Origin: Azolla caroliniana
Lineage: Eukaryota; Plantae; Polypodiophyta
DNA: 64,000 bases
Reading direction: 5' to 3'
Assembly: GCA_043228905.1 (NCBI GenBank)
Contig: JBHGNT010000021.1
Span: forward strand, 5,952,001-6,016,000
Shown here: piece after piece, positions 38,625-52,300 of the stretch
Layout of the letters: every line of letters starts with the position of its first letter
How positions within the stretch are numbered: position 1 is the stretch's first letter
Made by a program: the position numbers and the translations under genes
Notes under the pieces: generated by a model
Told to the model about the DNA's origin: nothing
Databases searched by the model: none
What the model saw: the letters and a program-made list of their open reading frames with translations, nothing else

Positions 38625-41600
38625 TCTCTCACACATACACACATACACACATACACACATACACACATACACACATACACACACATATCACTTAATCTTC
38701 CGCTTATCAACTAATCACATAATTAGGTACTAATTAATCCTTGCGTAATTACTTACCTAATTCTTAAGATAGTATCAGAGCGTGTGGTTTAGCATATCCA
38801 CTAAACCCATCTGACTCTTTGTGATTGTGTGTTCGAGACACCGATGACAAATTCTGGCCATCCGCTACCGTAGTGCCGCTACGTAGCACAAGTACGTGAT
38901 TGAAGAAAGAAGAGCCAAAAATGAAGACACAAAACAAAATGAACACACAAATGGGTAGCTCGCTCCCTAGCGAAAAGCTAGATCGGAGCAATTATTCATC
39001 TTGGGAGTACAAGATGACCCAATACCTCGTCGGCCAAGGGTATTGGAGCTACATCAACGGCGCACTCGAGAACAAACCCGACAACACAAACGCCAACTAC
39101 CCAATGTGGGAGCAAGGAGCGAGTCGGGTAATGTATTGCTTGGCAACATGTGTCCTTGACCATATGCTTAGGCACATTCGAGACGCCAAGACGCCTAAAG
39201 AGGTGTGGGAGAACATAAAGAAAATGTTCGCCGCCAACACGACCTCCCGCAAACTTCAACTCCGGCAAGAGTTGAATAACATTCAGCAAAAAGACATGTT
39301 TGTGTCGGACTACACCGCCAAAATCAAGAGCATTTGTGACTCACTTGGCTCCATCAACATAAACGTCGACGAAGACGAGATGGTTCAAGTATGCTTGGGC
39401 GGCCTCGCACAACGATTCGATCCATTATGGACGACAATCTTGGCGAGAGAAAACCCTGCGTCATTCTTCAACCTCCAATCAATGCTATTGGTCGAAGAGA
39501 ATCATGTCCGAACCAAAAGCAATACATCGGAAGGACAAATGTTCTTTTCGAATTCGGACGGTGGCCGAGGAGGAGGTCATGGCAATAGAAGAGGCCAATT
39601 CGGCCCATCACACGAAGGGAACTCAAACCTTCACGGAAGCCATTGAGGAACCTTTGGAAGAAGGGGGAGCTTCCATGCCGAACATGGTCGGCAAATGAGG
39701 CCCGCAACTTGCAACTATTGCGGCAAAATTGGCCACCGCAAGGAGGAAGGCCGAAAAAGAAGAAGCGAGTCGGCTTCCACAAATCGACAACACACGAATT
39801 ACGCTGTCAACTCTGAATATGTTGATTACGGCGGACTATTCGTAATGAGGCATAGAGCAAACTCTATGACGGCCTATGACTCTGCAAGCACCTCCAATTC
39901 GGAAGACGTGTGGTTCGTCGATTCCGGCACCTCACATCACATGACATCTCACGAAGAGTGGTTTCGTGATTTACGAATGCCGGATCGACCTGACTTCATA
40001 GAGACGGGAGACGATACCACACACCCCATTCGACACATCAGCAATGTCCCATTCGGGAAAGAAGGGGAGCAAACTTGCATCAAGAATGTCTTGCACGTGC
40101 CCACAATCACGAAGATTTTGGTCTCGGTCGGCCAAATCGTGGAGCAAGGCATGCAAGTCTGCTTCAACAAAGAAGGATGCTTCATCGAGAAAGATGCCCG
40201 ACTCATAGTGAAGGGGCGGAGAGACGGCTGAATGTTCATCCTCGATTCGAACGAGGTGAAATCGGCAATGTACGCCAAAGGTCTCAAAACTGAGAGAAGC
40301 ATCGAGTCGTGGCACAAGAGAATCGGCCACATAAACCTCCAACGACTTCGAGCGATGCAAACTAAGGGAGTTGTCATCGGACTTCCGACATTCGAATCGA
40401 AACGAGTCAACCGAGTATGCGAAGCGTGTCAACTCGGCAAATAACATTGACTCCCATTCCCGAAGGAGAGCTCCGCGATCAAAGGCCTCCTCGACCTCAT
40501 ACACTCGGATGTATGGGGACTGGCTCAAACACTGACGATCGGCGGATGCCAATTCTACGTCACCTTCATCGACGATAACTCGCGCTACGCGTGGATCTAC
40601 CCGATGAAGAAGAAGAGCGAAGTGTTCTCCCACTTCCAAAAGCTCAAGGGGCAAGTCGAAAAAGAAACCGGTCGGCAAATTCGATGCCTACGATCAGATG
40701 GAGGCAAGGAGTATTTCTCCGACGAATTCACCTCCTACCTCCAAAGTGAAGGTATTCGTAGAGAATTCTCATGCCAACACACACCCCAACAAAATGGAGT
40801 CGCCGAAAGGAAGAATCGGCAAATACTTGACGTAGCACGCGCCATGATGCATGAGAAGCACATGCCGAATTTCTATTGGGCTGAAGCGTCATCCACGACC
40901 GTCTATCTCATGAACCGGTTCACCACCAATGGAGTCCATGAGCTAACTCCATACGAGCTCCTCATCGGAAGGAAGCCGATCCTATCGCACCTCAAGGTGT
41001 TCGGAAGCATTGCAAATGTACGCATCCCGAACAAACAACAACAGAAGCCCGACGCGAAGTCAGAGAGATGTATCCTCGTAGGATACGCGTCTGAGAAGAA
41101 GGCGTACAAGTGCTACAACCTGTCGACACGAGAAGTTCGCGTAAGTCGAGGCGTAGTCTTCGACTAGTACACATCCTGGTACGCACCAGAGACCTCTTCG
41201 ACTCTAACTACGCTCGATGCGGATTACGCCGAACAAGAGGTAGAAGCCGAAGATCAACTCACGCATATGAACGAAGAAAGACCGATTACAACTGAGCTTA
41301 GTGGGCCACAAGAGCCCCCATGCGACCCAAGCACGTCGTGGCCAAGTACGAACTTGGACAAAGGCAAAGGTAAGATGCCCGAATACGAAGTCGACCACCC
41401 TGACGAGAATGATTCGGATGGATTGGCTCCCTCACTAGATAGTGAGTTCGGTGTACCCATCATGTGAGTACCCAGACTAAAGAAGACGCTCACATCGGCG
41501 AGCGAAAAACTTCGACGCTCATCTAGAGCTAAGAACCCCGTCACACGGCTCGGCTACAACGAGTATATGGCCCATCACTGTGCCTTCTCGATGAAGGTAA

Positions 41601-42344
41601 CGGCTGAACAAGAGCCCAAGAGCTCCACCAAAGCGGTTTGTCACTCATGATGGGTGGAAGTAGTCGGCCTTCGCCCATACACTACAAGCCTTCGTCACCG
41701 GCTTGAGGGGGAGGACCCGAGATCGCCACGACGAAGAAAGCGGAAGGCCGGACGGAAGCCGCACAGAAGCTAACATCGAAAGCCGGACAACGCCGAAAAC
41801 AATGTCGGATGTTGGACGCCTCACACTTGAGCTTGAGGGGGCGTGTTGAGAGATCAAGCTCAACTTAGTTTAGTTAGTTAGTCAACCATGTAACTTCGTA
41901 GTTACCTAGATAGAATCTAGTTAGAAGTGTTGATTATAACGCCTTAAATAGGACCTTGTACTTAAGTGGGATATTCTAGATCCTCCACTCCTAAGTACAT
42001 TTAATATAGGACTTACACATTAGTACCTATATTCTACTCACACATGTGCACCTTTGCACATGAGATGTATATATACCTCATTGTGGGTATTTTTGTATTT
42101 GATGATGATAATGCTAATTTAATATACTTACTCATCCCCCATCTTGTGTTGTATCTCTCTCTCTCTCTCTCTTCCCCTCTCACACATACACACATACACA
42201 CATACACACATACACACATACACACATACACACATACACACATACACACATACACACACATATCACTTAATCTTCCGCTTATCAACTAATCACATAATTA
42301 GGTACTAATTAATCCTTGCTTAATTACTTACCTAATTCTTAACA
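38277..42344 (+). mobile_element. Copia C nested in Copia B; lacks RT and RNase H (internal deletion)
   Basis: Near-identical LTRs 38277-38769 and 41844-42344; TSD AGGGC; PBS TAGTATCAGAGC; gag 38900-39646, protease WFVDSGTSHHM, integrase 40604-41167; jumps to the PPT region after ~41660. Confidence 0.95.
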
Positions 42345-45129
42345 AGGGCATACGCCTCGTAGCCAAAGATCCTCAGCTTGTCATAATTCGGCTTACTACC
42401 GGTCCATGTTTCCTGAGGTATTTTAAGTCCTAGAGGTCTACTTGGCGACATATTTATTATGTGTACTGCCGTAAGTAGAGCCTCCGCCCAGAAGCCATCT
42501 GACAGTCCAGAGTGTTGGAGCATGGATACTATGCGTTCTTGAATCATCTGATTCATGCGTTCAACAATTCCGTTCTGCTCCGGACTATAGGGTGCCGTAT
42601 CTTCACGTCGAATGCCGCGTTCCTGGCAAAATTTGACAAATTCTTTAGACTTGAATTCCCCTCTGTAGTCGGTTCAGAGACATTTCAGTTTCCGACCGGT
42701 CTGATTTTCGACCATTGCAAGCCATTCGGAGAAGATCGAGAACACCTGATCTTTGGTTTTGATGGGGTAAGCCCACACCTTCTGAGTCGAGTCGTCAATA
42801 AAACTAATGAAGTACGAAGCACCGCTGAGAGACTGATGTGGCATCGGGCCACAGACATCTAAATGGACCAAATCGAGGGGACTCGATTCTCTTGGTGCTG
42901 ATGTCGGGTGTGATGTGGCTACCTGTTTTCCGTACTGGCAATGCTCGCAGAATTGGTGATCCGAGAAGGAGAGTTTGGGGATGTAACTAGCTCTGGATAG
43001 GTGTGTTATGCCAACCTTGCTGAGTTGTCCAAGTCGTCCGTGCCATAACGATGACATGGGGATATCAACCAAAAATAAGTCACCCTCTTTGAGTGTGACA
43101 TATAAAGGATACAAGGAATGTACCTTTGGTCCTCGAGCAAGCAGGAGGTTCCCTTTGTGGAGTGTCCACCCTCATGATGAGAATCTGGCATGGATGCCGG
43201 CTTCGTCAAGCTGTCTGACTGAGATCAAGGGTCTTGAGAGCTTAGGAACGTGTCGGACGTTGTGTAGTACGAGTGTAGAGCTACTTGGAAGGTTGAGCTC
43301 TACGGTGCCGATCCCGATTATAGCACAGTGCTGCGAGTTTCCGACTCGAACTGAGTCGGACTGCCGGTTCGAGTATTGTCGAGACTGAGATCGGTGAGGT
43401 GTCACATGATACGATGCGCCCGAGTCCAGGAGCCATGTGCTCGATTCCTCAGTCGTAAGCAGAACTTCTGATTCGACTGGGTTCTCTATGGACAATATGT
43501 TCGGATCGGTCGTCAAAATTTCGGCTGAAGAGCCGATGTAGTTGACCTTCTCATGCCAGCCACTCTTCTGATATGCTCTCTGAGCTTTGTCGGTTTTTGC
43601 TTTGAGTGCCTGACAATCGGCTTTGATGTGTCCCGGTTTCTTGTAGTAGTTGCAGATTCGGTTGTCCCGGGACTTGCTCCGGCTTCGCTGATTGTTCGGC
43701 GGTCGGGAAAAACTTCTTCCCCGGTTGTTCGATCGGTCGGTCGAACCTTGTACTATGTAAGCTTCATCTGCCAAGTCTTTGGCGAAAGACTTTCTCCAAG
43801 CTGCTTCAGTCAGGATTGCGCTCGTGACTTCGGAGTACTTAATGGCAACTGTTGAAGCATTGCACACGGTTGTAATTAAAGTTTCCCATGAAGAGGGGAG
43901 ACTACTCATGAGTATCATTGCTTTGAGTTCATCCTCGATTGCTGTCCCCTGAGACGAGATTTGGGAGCTTATGCTTTCGTAGTCATTGAGGTGTGCCTGA
44001 ACCGAATCAGATTCTTTCATCCGCAAGTTGTAGAGGCGCTGGATCAAATACATCTTCGTTGTTGCGACCTTCTTTTCATACGTTTCCGACAGTGTTTTCC
44101 AAAGTTCAAAAGCTGTCGTGCATGATTGCACTGTGAAGTACACTGACTCCGACAAGTGCATCCGAATTGTGGCACGAACAATTCTTTCTAGCTTTAGCCA
44201 CTCGTTTGCCTTGTATGCTTTTGGAGGATTTTCATTATCGATCGGGTCTATCTGACCCTTGACTATGAGCTAGTCCTGCATTTGTTCCTTCTAGAAGTTG
44301 AAGTTCGAACTGTCGAACCTCCTTAGACTCATCTCTGATGAGCCGGATGTTGATGCCATTTGCTTCGGTTTCGGTTGGTAAGACTTGGTTCCGAGTTGAC
44401 TACAAACCTTAGTGGGGTGCAGCTGGTCGGCTCACCCATATCGTTCTAGTCGGTTTTGAACACGAGTCAGTTTGGTTTTGGATTCTTGTTGTTGAACTTG
44501 CTCGGAGTGACTCTGGTAACTTGAGGGACAGAACCGGCTGGTCTTCTTGAATGTTGCCGAGTCGGAGTGAGCCCGATTAGCTTCCAATTGTATGCCGAAT
44601 ACCGATTACAAGAAACCGATTGTTTGGGCCGATTCTGCTTCCGATGACTGTAGCGATGAGAGGGACGGATCCAACTGATTCTCCCGAATGTCGATCAGCC
44701 GAGTGAAGCACGAATTTGGTTGTTGCCTGGAGATCAATCTGCTGCGGGTGGTTACAACAAGCGGGTGAATAGCATCTGGTGACCTATTCAGATGTTGTTT
44801 AACCGAATGAAGCATGATTGGGTTGGTTGTTGCTCAAGGAGCTCCCCTCAAGCGGTTACAATCACAGGAACAGAGTACATCCGACTGGCTTACTCCAATT
44901 TGTGATTTAACACAGTGAGATGTGAGCTTTTTTGTTTTTCTTCTCCCTTCTCTGTTCTTCAAAGAAAACGAAAACGGAATGTTGTGTGGTGTACTATGAC
45001 GGCCAACAGCGGGTTGAAGAACCTCCAACGCTCTGATACCAAATGTTGGGGACAAGGCCGTCAATGCGGAAGTGCAAGCAACATTCTGTTTGAAGAAGAG
45101 CCTCTTGTGTATGCACATAAGCAAGATAG

Positions 45130-45194
<65 letters not shown>

Positions 45195-46172
45195 GGCACA
45201 AACTAATCGTTATATTCCAGTAGCAACAGTTACAAAGAATGACAACCAACCTTTTCTAAAGGTTACAAAGTCACTTTATATAGTGACTGTCGTAGGGCAA
45301 CTGCCCTTTATGCTATTTACAGAAATAGCCCAAACTTGGGCTGTCCAAAGGGACAGTGTGAATACGGCCAGTATACACTCGTATTCGATAGGGAGTTGGT
45401 ATTTCGTCTCCTTCATTGACGACTACAGCTGGCACACGTGGATCTACCTCGTCGAGAGGAAGAGCGAAGTCTTCGAGTGTTTCCGGAACCTTCAAAGCTT
45501 GGTTGAACGGGAAACAGAGAGGAAGATTAAGTGGCTGAGGTTGGATGGCGGGAAAGAATACTTTTCCCACCAATTCAACAGTTATCTGCAGCAGAACGGA
45601 ATTCGGAGAGAATTCACCTGCAGGTACACACTGGAGCAAAACGTGTGGCCGAAAGGAAGAACTGGTCGATTGTCGACACGGCAAGGGCAATGCTGGAGGA
45701 GAAGAGCATGCCCTATTTCTACTGGGCCGAGGCGGTCCGGACGGCCGTCTACATCCAAAACCGGATTGGTGACAAGGTGTCAACACATGAGCTGTATTTC
45801 GGGTGAAAGCCGAATTTGAGACACCTTCGGATATTCGGTAGCATAGCATATGTGCATGTACCAGATGAGAAGCGGAGGAAGCTAGATCCGAAGTCGGAGA
45901 AGTGCATTCTAGTCGGTTACTCGCATGAGCAAAAGGGGTATAAGTGCTATAACCCCCAGACTAAGCAGGTCCGAGTAAGTCCAGATGTCGAGTTTGATGA
46001 GATGGCATCATGGTACTCCTTATCGACTCCAACTCCCGATGAAGACCTGATTCCGGAAGATGAGGCTAGTGAGCTCGAGGAGGTCTAGGTAGAAGATGAT
46101 GACTTAGGCACTCTAGAAGAGAGTCCGATCTCATTTCGGCTAAGTGGATCGAATGAGTGGCTGAGTCGGGAT

Positions 46173-46855
46173 TGACGGGAACTGGTCGTTCCTTATGCGC
46201 AACGCTCGGCCACAACCGAGCTTAGAATGATACACAGAAAAAAAAACGGGAAATAAAACACGACACAAAGAAGAGAGGAGGTACACAGGAGGTTTACGTG
46301 GAAAACCCCAAACTAGGGGAAAAACCACGGCAGCCCACAGGCTGCAAACTGTCACTATGTAAGAATGTACAATGGTGAGTTCACTGAGGCAACGACCTCG
46401 TGCTCACAGATCTTCGCCACAGGCGGCGGTTACAACAGAGGCAGTGACCTCTTTCTCTCTCTCTCTATACAACGTTACGTACTCTCTCTTCTTCTTGCAC
46501 CAACAAGGAAAAATGACAACAACAACTAAAAGTTTGCCCTAAGTCATATTTATACTAATATGACTTTTCGGCTATTTACAAATGTAGCCTCGATGGGCTC
46601 TCAGAAACATATTTACGAATATGTCTCTTCATCCGGTTCTCACCGGGTCTGTACCATCCGGCTCTCCGTAGCCGGGTACTCCTCATCCGGTTCATACCGG
46701 GCCTGCACCATCCTGCTCTCCGTAGCCGGGTACTCCTCATTCGGTTCATACCGGGCCTGCACCATCCGGCTCTCCGTAGCCGGGTCCTCCTCATACGGTT
46801 TCGGCCGAGGCACTGTTCTTCTCCCTTCCCATCCGGAGGGACCTGTCTCCCAACA
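46173..46855 (-). mobile_element. Solo LTR (683 bp) in Copia A, containing a 54-bp tandem repeat (~46630-46800)
   Basis: TG...CA ends; 5-bp TSD GGGAT on both sides; Copia A sequence rejoins across it; strand inferred from TATA orientation. Confidence 0.88.
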
Positions 46856-49303
46856 GGGATGACTAGTCAGATGAGGAACCGGCGAGTAGTGGAGACTTTG
46901 CCGTGCTCTCCTCGCACAAGGAATCGAGGAGATGGTCCACGCGCAAAGAGAAGGGGAAGAAGAAGATGTCGGAATACGAAACGGGCAATGTTGAGTTGGA
47001 TTCGGAGCGAATCTGACTCCGGAAAGGATGAAGGCGGATCTTCGGGAATGAAGTCCGACTTGGTCAAGAAGGGCCCCAAACCGGGTAATACCAAGTTACG
47101 CCGGTCTTCCCGCCTGAAGAACCCCGTTACATTGTACGGGTACAATGAGTACATGGCACATCATTATAAGTTCATGGCTAAGGTGGTGGAAGTGCGTGAG
47201 CCGGAGAGCTACGCAAAAGCGGCAAAGGACGCAAATTGGCGTGCCGCTATGGAGGAAGAAATGCGGGCACTAGATGCCAACGACACATGGGACCTCGTTG
47301 ACCCTCCCCGACACTGTAAACCATTCGGTTGCAAATGGGTATACAAGGTAAAGGAAAATGCCGATGGTTCGGTTAACCGGTACAAGGCCCGGTTAGTGGC
47401 GAAGGAATACACACAGACCCAGGGAATCGATTACGACGAGACCTTCGCCCCGGTAGTGAAGATGACGACGGTTCGTGTGGTAATGGCGGTTGTTGTGGCA
47501 AGGGGGTGGCATCTTCACCAGATGGACGTGAAGAATGCGTTTCTTCAAGGTGACCTTGAAGAATGGGTCTATATGATCCAACCTCCCGGTTTTCAATCGG
47601 AGATGAACAAGTCAGTGGTGTGCCGGCTCAAAAAGTCGCTTTATGGTCTGAAACAAGCCCCCCGAGCTTGGAATGCGAAGATCACACACTGGTTGCGTAA
47701 GACAGGGTTTGGGACCTCTAAATCCGACTCGTCGTTGTTCATTCGGCAAGGTCCGGATGGTCCGGTTTGCATCCTACTTTATGATGATGATTTAGTCATC
47801 ACCGAACCCGGAGTCAATGAAATCGGCTGAGTAAATTCCCAGTTGTCGGATGCATTTGAAATGAAGGACCTGGGGGACCTTCATTATTTCCTTGGGATCA
47901 AGGTGATCCGAACCCCCGACGGCATATTGCTCTCACAACGACACTATGTGTTGAATATGCTGTACAAGTTCGGTATGACGTAGTGCCGACCTGTGTCCAC
48001 ACCCCTGGACCGGTACCAGAAGCTCTATCCCAACTCCTGACCGGCTTGCGATGAGCAACGGTTCTGACAAATCGTCGGAAGCCTGATATACTTGACGATC
48101 ACTTGACCCGACCTCAGTTACCTGGTCAGAGTGATCAACCAGTTCATGCAGAAGCCGATTGTCGAGCACCTTCAGTGCGCACACCGGATACTCTGGTATG
48201 TGAGCGGCACGAAGGACCGGGGACTGTTATACCAGCATGGTATAACCGAAGAACTAGTCAGATATACAGATGCCGACTGGGCCGGTGATGCATCAGATCA
48301 CCGATCCACCTCCGGTTACATGTTTTCTCTGGGTAGTGCGACTGTTCCATGGAGCAGCAAAAAGCAGCCTTAGTGTTTTGTCGAGCACTAAGGCTGAATA
48401 CCGGGGCGCTACCAATGCCACCTGTGAAGCCATCTGGCTTCGGCGTCTGCTGCAAGACCTGCGGTTTAAGGTCCTGACCTCGATCTTTCTCTATTGTGAC
48501 AACATGAGCAACATTCAGCTCGCCAAGAACCCCGTGTTCCATGCTCAGACGAAGCAGATAGAAGTCCACTATCACTTTGTGGGTGAGCGGGTTTTGAGTG
48601 GTGAAGTAGAACTTCAGTATGTTCAGACGGATTGGCAAATTGCCGATATCTTCACCAAACCGCTGGGATCGGACAAGTTGTAGCACTTCACCAAAATGCT
48701 TGGTGTTCAACATCTCGACGTGCGGCACTTGAGGGGGAGAAAAGGAAAGGGAACGGATGGCAACAGACAAGGAGTTGGAGAGGAAGAAAGAACCAACAAA
48801 GGGGGACACAAGAGTTAAAAGGAAGCCGAGCCGACCGAAGGAGTCGGCACATCCGAAAAGGTCGGAACAAGCGGCATTGACGGTAGAGTCAAGAAGGATA
48901 GAGCCAACCGGAAGAAAACGGCCAAGACCTGGATGTGGTCCGGTGTGGTGAAGGGCTTGAAACCCGAAGACGAGTTGGAGAACACCAACTCGGACAAGAG
49001 CTGGAACGAATCGAAGGAAACCGATTCGGTTCAAAATTCAGAGAAGCCGGATCAACTAGCCAAGCGAACAAGGATGCAACGGAAGTCGACGGGTCGACAA
49101 GCGCCAGAGTCGCAGCAGCGAGGGAGTTGAAATGGGCCTGTTGAGCAGACAAGCCGACCGAGGAGGTCAAGGTGTGCTGTCGCGAAGTTTCGCGTGTGCG
49201 TGTTACTTGGGCGGGACCACGGGGGTCTTGGACTAGGGAGTACTCAAGGGATATAGAAGACCCGAGGTTTGCTTTACTACAATACTACTTCCCGACCCCT
49301 TCC

Positions 49304-52300
49304 TGTCATGATATAACAAGACTTGAACCCATGACCTTATGGTATATGGGTTGAGCTCTTAACCATCACACCATCTATTGTAATTTGCAGGATATTATTT
49401 TCATTTATGTTTTATTATAAGAAATTAATGTATATTCTAGATTTCTCTAGAACATTCTAGAAGCTTCAGGACTACTCTTGAGAGCACTATAAAAGGAAGC
49501 ACAAGGCATTGTTTTGAACCAAATTGGTTCAACGCCAGTCTTAAGCCTCTTAGCCACTTTGTACTTATCCTTCACATAATATATTAGCTGTTATCATCAT
49601 CTCTCTCTCCTCTTCTCTCTTTCTCTCTCGGGAATCTTACGCAGTCCCGTCCTCTCTGCTTTAGTACTAATTCTCTCTATGCTTTAGTACTATTCCTGAC
49701 AGTTTGAACCAAAATTTCCTCCTCAAGCCTACTTGTCGTTCTCCCTCATCCTCCCACCCTTTTCCCTATACTATGGCTACTGTTAGCGCCCAAGAATATC
49801 AATCCGTTTTCTCTGAGCTACATTGCCTAAAAGAAAAATTTGTTGCCTTGGAACAAGAAAACCAACGGCTGATAGGGGATCTGCATCAAATCGCTCTAGA
49901 AAAACAACAAACGCAGCAACAACATGGGGAGTTAGCGTTACGGGTACAACAACTCGAAGCAGCATTGCAACAACAAGGATCAAGTCCCCAAGGAATTCAT
50001 AAAGAGCTGAAGATTGGACTTCCTGTGAAATTTGATGGAACGCGATCGCAATTCAGGGGATTCCTTAATTAGGTACGATTAGTCATCCAAATGCATCCTT
50101 CCCGATACCCCACTGATGCATCCCGAGTCGGCCTAATACGCACATTGCTTAGCGGCTCAGACTTAGCATGGTTCGCTCCGCTTCTAGAAAAACAATCGCC
50201 CTTGCTTAATAACTTTGAAGATTTTATTAGTGAGTTTAAAGCTTGCTTTGGAGACACTGGCAACATCAAGACGATGATCAACAAGATCTGACGATTGCAT
50301 CAAGGCGATCGTCCAGCCTCTGCCTACGCGAGGGATTTCCGTCTACTCGCCTCAGATATCCCCTGGGATGATCTGGCACTAATGGAGCAGTTTTGCTACG
50401 GTTTGCGAAATGATGTAAAAGATTTACTTTTAACCTTCCCCGAAGAACCAAAATCTCTTACGGAGGCTATTGGTCGAGTGGTCCGATGTGACAACTACCT
50501 TTTCGAACGACGTTCTGAACATCAATTACAGATACCACGCTTTAGGCCAGAGCCCACTTATGCCTCAGTCGCGGCTAAACCGTTTGCACGAGACATACCT
50601 CAAGCAAATACTCTGACACCGATGGAGATCGATACCATGCGTCGACGTGACCCATTATCGGAAGAAGAAAAGAAACGACGATGTGCAAATCGATTATGTC
50701 TTTATTGCGGTGGACCAGGGCATATCGCAATCAATTGTCCCCATAGGCCAAGAAGACAGGTAAATCAAATCGTAACCTGTACTAAACCCGAGTCAATTCT
50801 TCCCTTAGGAGTGTCTGATAGTATTAATAGTACTAATAGCCAAGTATCTCAAACAAATTTGAAATCCTTAGTCAATTAGATGAAGAGTTAAACGATTGAG
50901 TCTAGCCCAAATAGGAGCCGTTTGGTTGGACAACCCTAGATCTATACAACCCATTAGTGGTTCCATTCCCTCCAAGCAAGTTAGCAATGTGTTCCTAGCC
51001 CAAGTCATTGTTAGTACTAAAAGTACTCCCCCAGTACAACTCCTAGCACTTTTAGATTCCGGAGCCAATTCCTGTTTCATGGATCGAAATTTTGCCCAAG
51101 CTTCTCAGATATCCTTAAGAAAACTTCCTTGCCCCGCATCTGTAGTAGTCATTGATGGTCGTCCCATTGCTTCCGGGAATATTGTAGAAGAGTCAGAACC
51201 CATTCAAGTTGTCCTAGGTAGTTTTGTGTGTGTAGTATCATTTAATATAATTAGTAGTCTAGAGCATCCCATTGTCCTGGGATTACCTTGGTTTGAACTA
51301 CATAATCCAGACATAGATTGGAGAACAAGAGAAGTCTGATATCGACAACACCAAGAATCTACTCATCGAGTTTCGACCATTTCACTATGTCAACTACGCA
51401 AAGATGGACACAAGGAGGCAATGTTCCTATTTGCCATATCAGTACATCCTTCCAGCAATATTAAGGAGGAATCCTTAGTGCAACTTCCGGCGAAATATCA
51501 TCCTTATTCCGACGTATTTGACAAGGTAAAAGCTAGTACTCTTCCTCATTATCATCCCTACGATTGTCCCATCGATTTACAACCAGGAGTAGAGCCACCA
51601 TGGGACCAATCTACAACTTGTCACCCACCGAGTTAGAAGTCCTTCGAGCCTACATAGAGGAGAACTTGGCAAGCGGGTTTATTCGTCATTCGAAATCTCT
51701 GGCCGGAGCACCCATCTTCTTTGTCAAGAAGAAAGATGGCTCACTTTGTCTTGTCATTGATTACCGCAGCTTAAATAAGGTCACCATTTGGAATAGGTAT
51801 GCACTTCCTCTTATATCAAGTCTTTTAGAGCGAGTTAATGGTGCCAAGCTTTTTATAAAAATCGATCTATGAGGAGCTATAACCTCGTGCGGATCTGACG
51901 GGGAGATGAATGGAAGACCGCCTTTCACATGCGGTATGGGCATTTCGAATATATTGTTATGCCGTTCAGTCTAACCAATGCACCTGCAGTCTTCCAACCC
52001 ATGGCAAATGATATATTCAGAGACCTCTTGGATATCGGTTTGATCATCTATTTGGATGATCTATTGATTTATTCGAAGACCTAGGAAAAGCACGATTCTC
52101 ATGTACTATTAGTACTAAACCGACTCCGCGAGAATGGTCTTTATGCCAAGCTAGAAAAATGTAGCTTTGACTGCAAGCAAATGGAATTTCTAGGCTACGT
52201 TATCTCCTCAAAGGACATCTCCATGGATCCAGCGAAAGTCCAAACTGTGCTAGAGTGGAAAATTCCACGGTCAGTACGAGATGTACAATGTTTTCTAGGT

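Larger units (their letters stand above)
35632..45390 (-). mobile_element. Copia B nested in the integrase of Copia A
   Basis: LTRs 35632-35955 and 45044-45390; TSD GGGAG; PBS (plus strand GCTCTGATACCA) at 45030-45041; PPT at 35956; gag-protease ORF 43172-44161 (WLLDSGASYH), integrase 42674-43114, RT 37466-37966, RNase H 36151-36360. Confidence 0.95.
33897..49177 (+). mobile_element. Copia A: outer degenerate Ty1/Copia host of the nest (5' LTR truncated; 3' LTR not seen, probably displaced beyond the window)
   Basis: LTR start TGTTGAG at 33897, deletion joins into gag ~34273; gag/protease 34340-35550; integrase resumes at 45396; RT 46859-47830 (GCKWVYKVK, QMDVKNAFL); RNase H 48270-48683. Confidence 0.88.

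Noticed and set aside
49139-49177. TGTTGAGC as the start of Copia A's 3' LTR
   Set aside because: Matches the 5' LTR for only 8 nt and lacks a proper adjacent PPT
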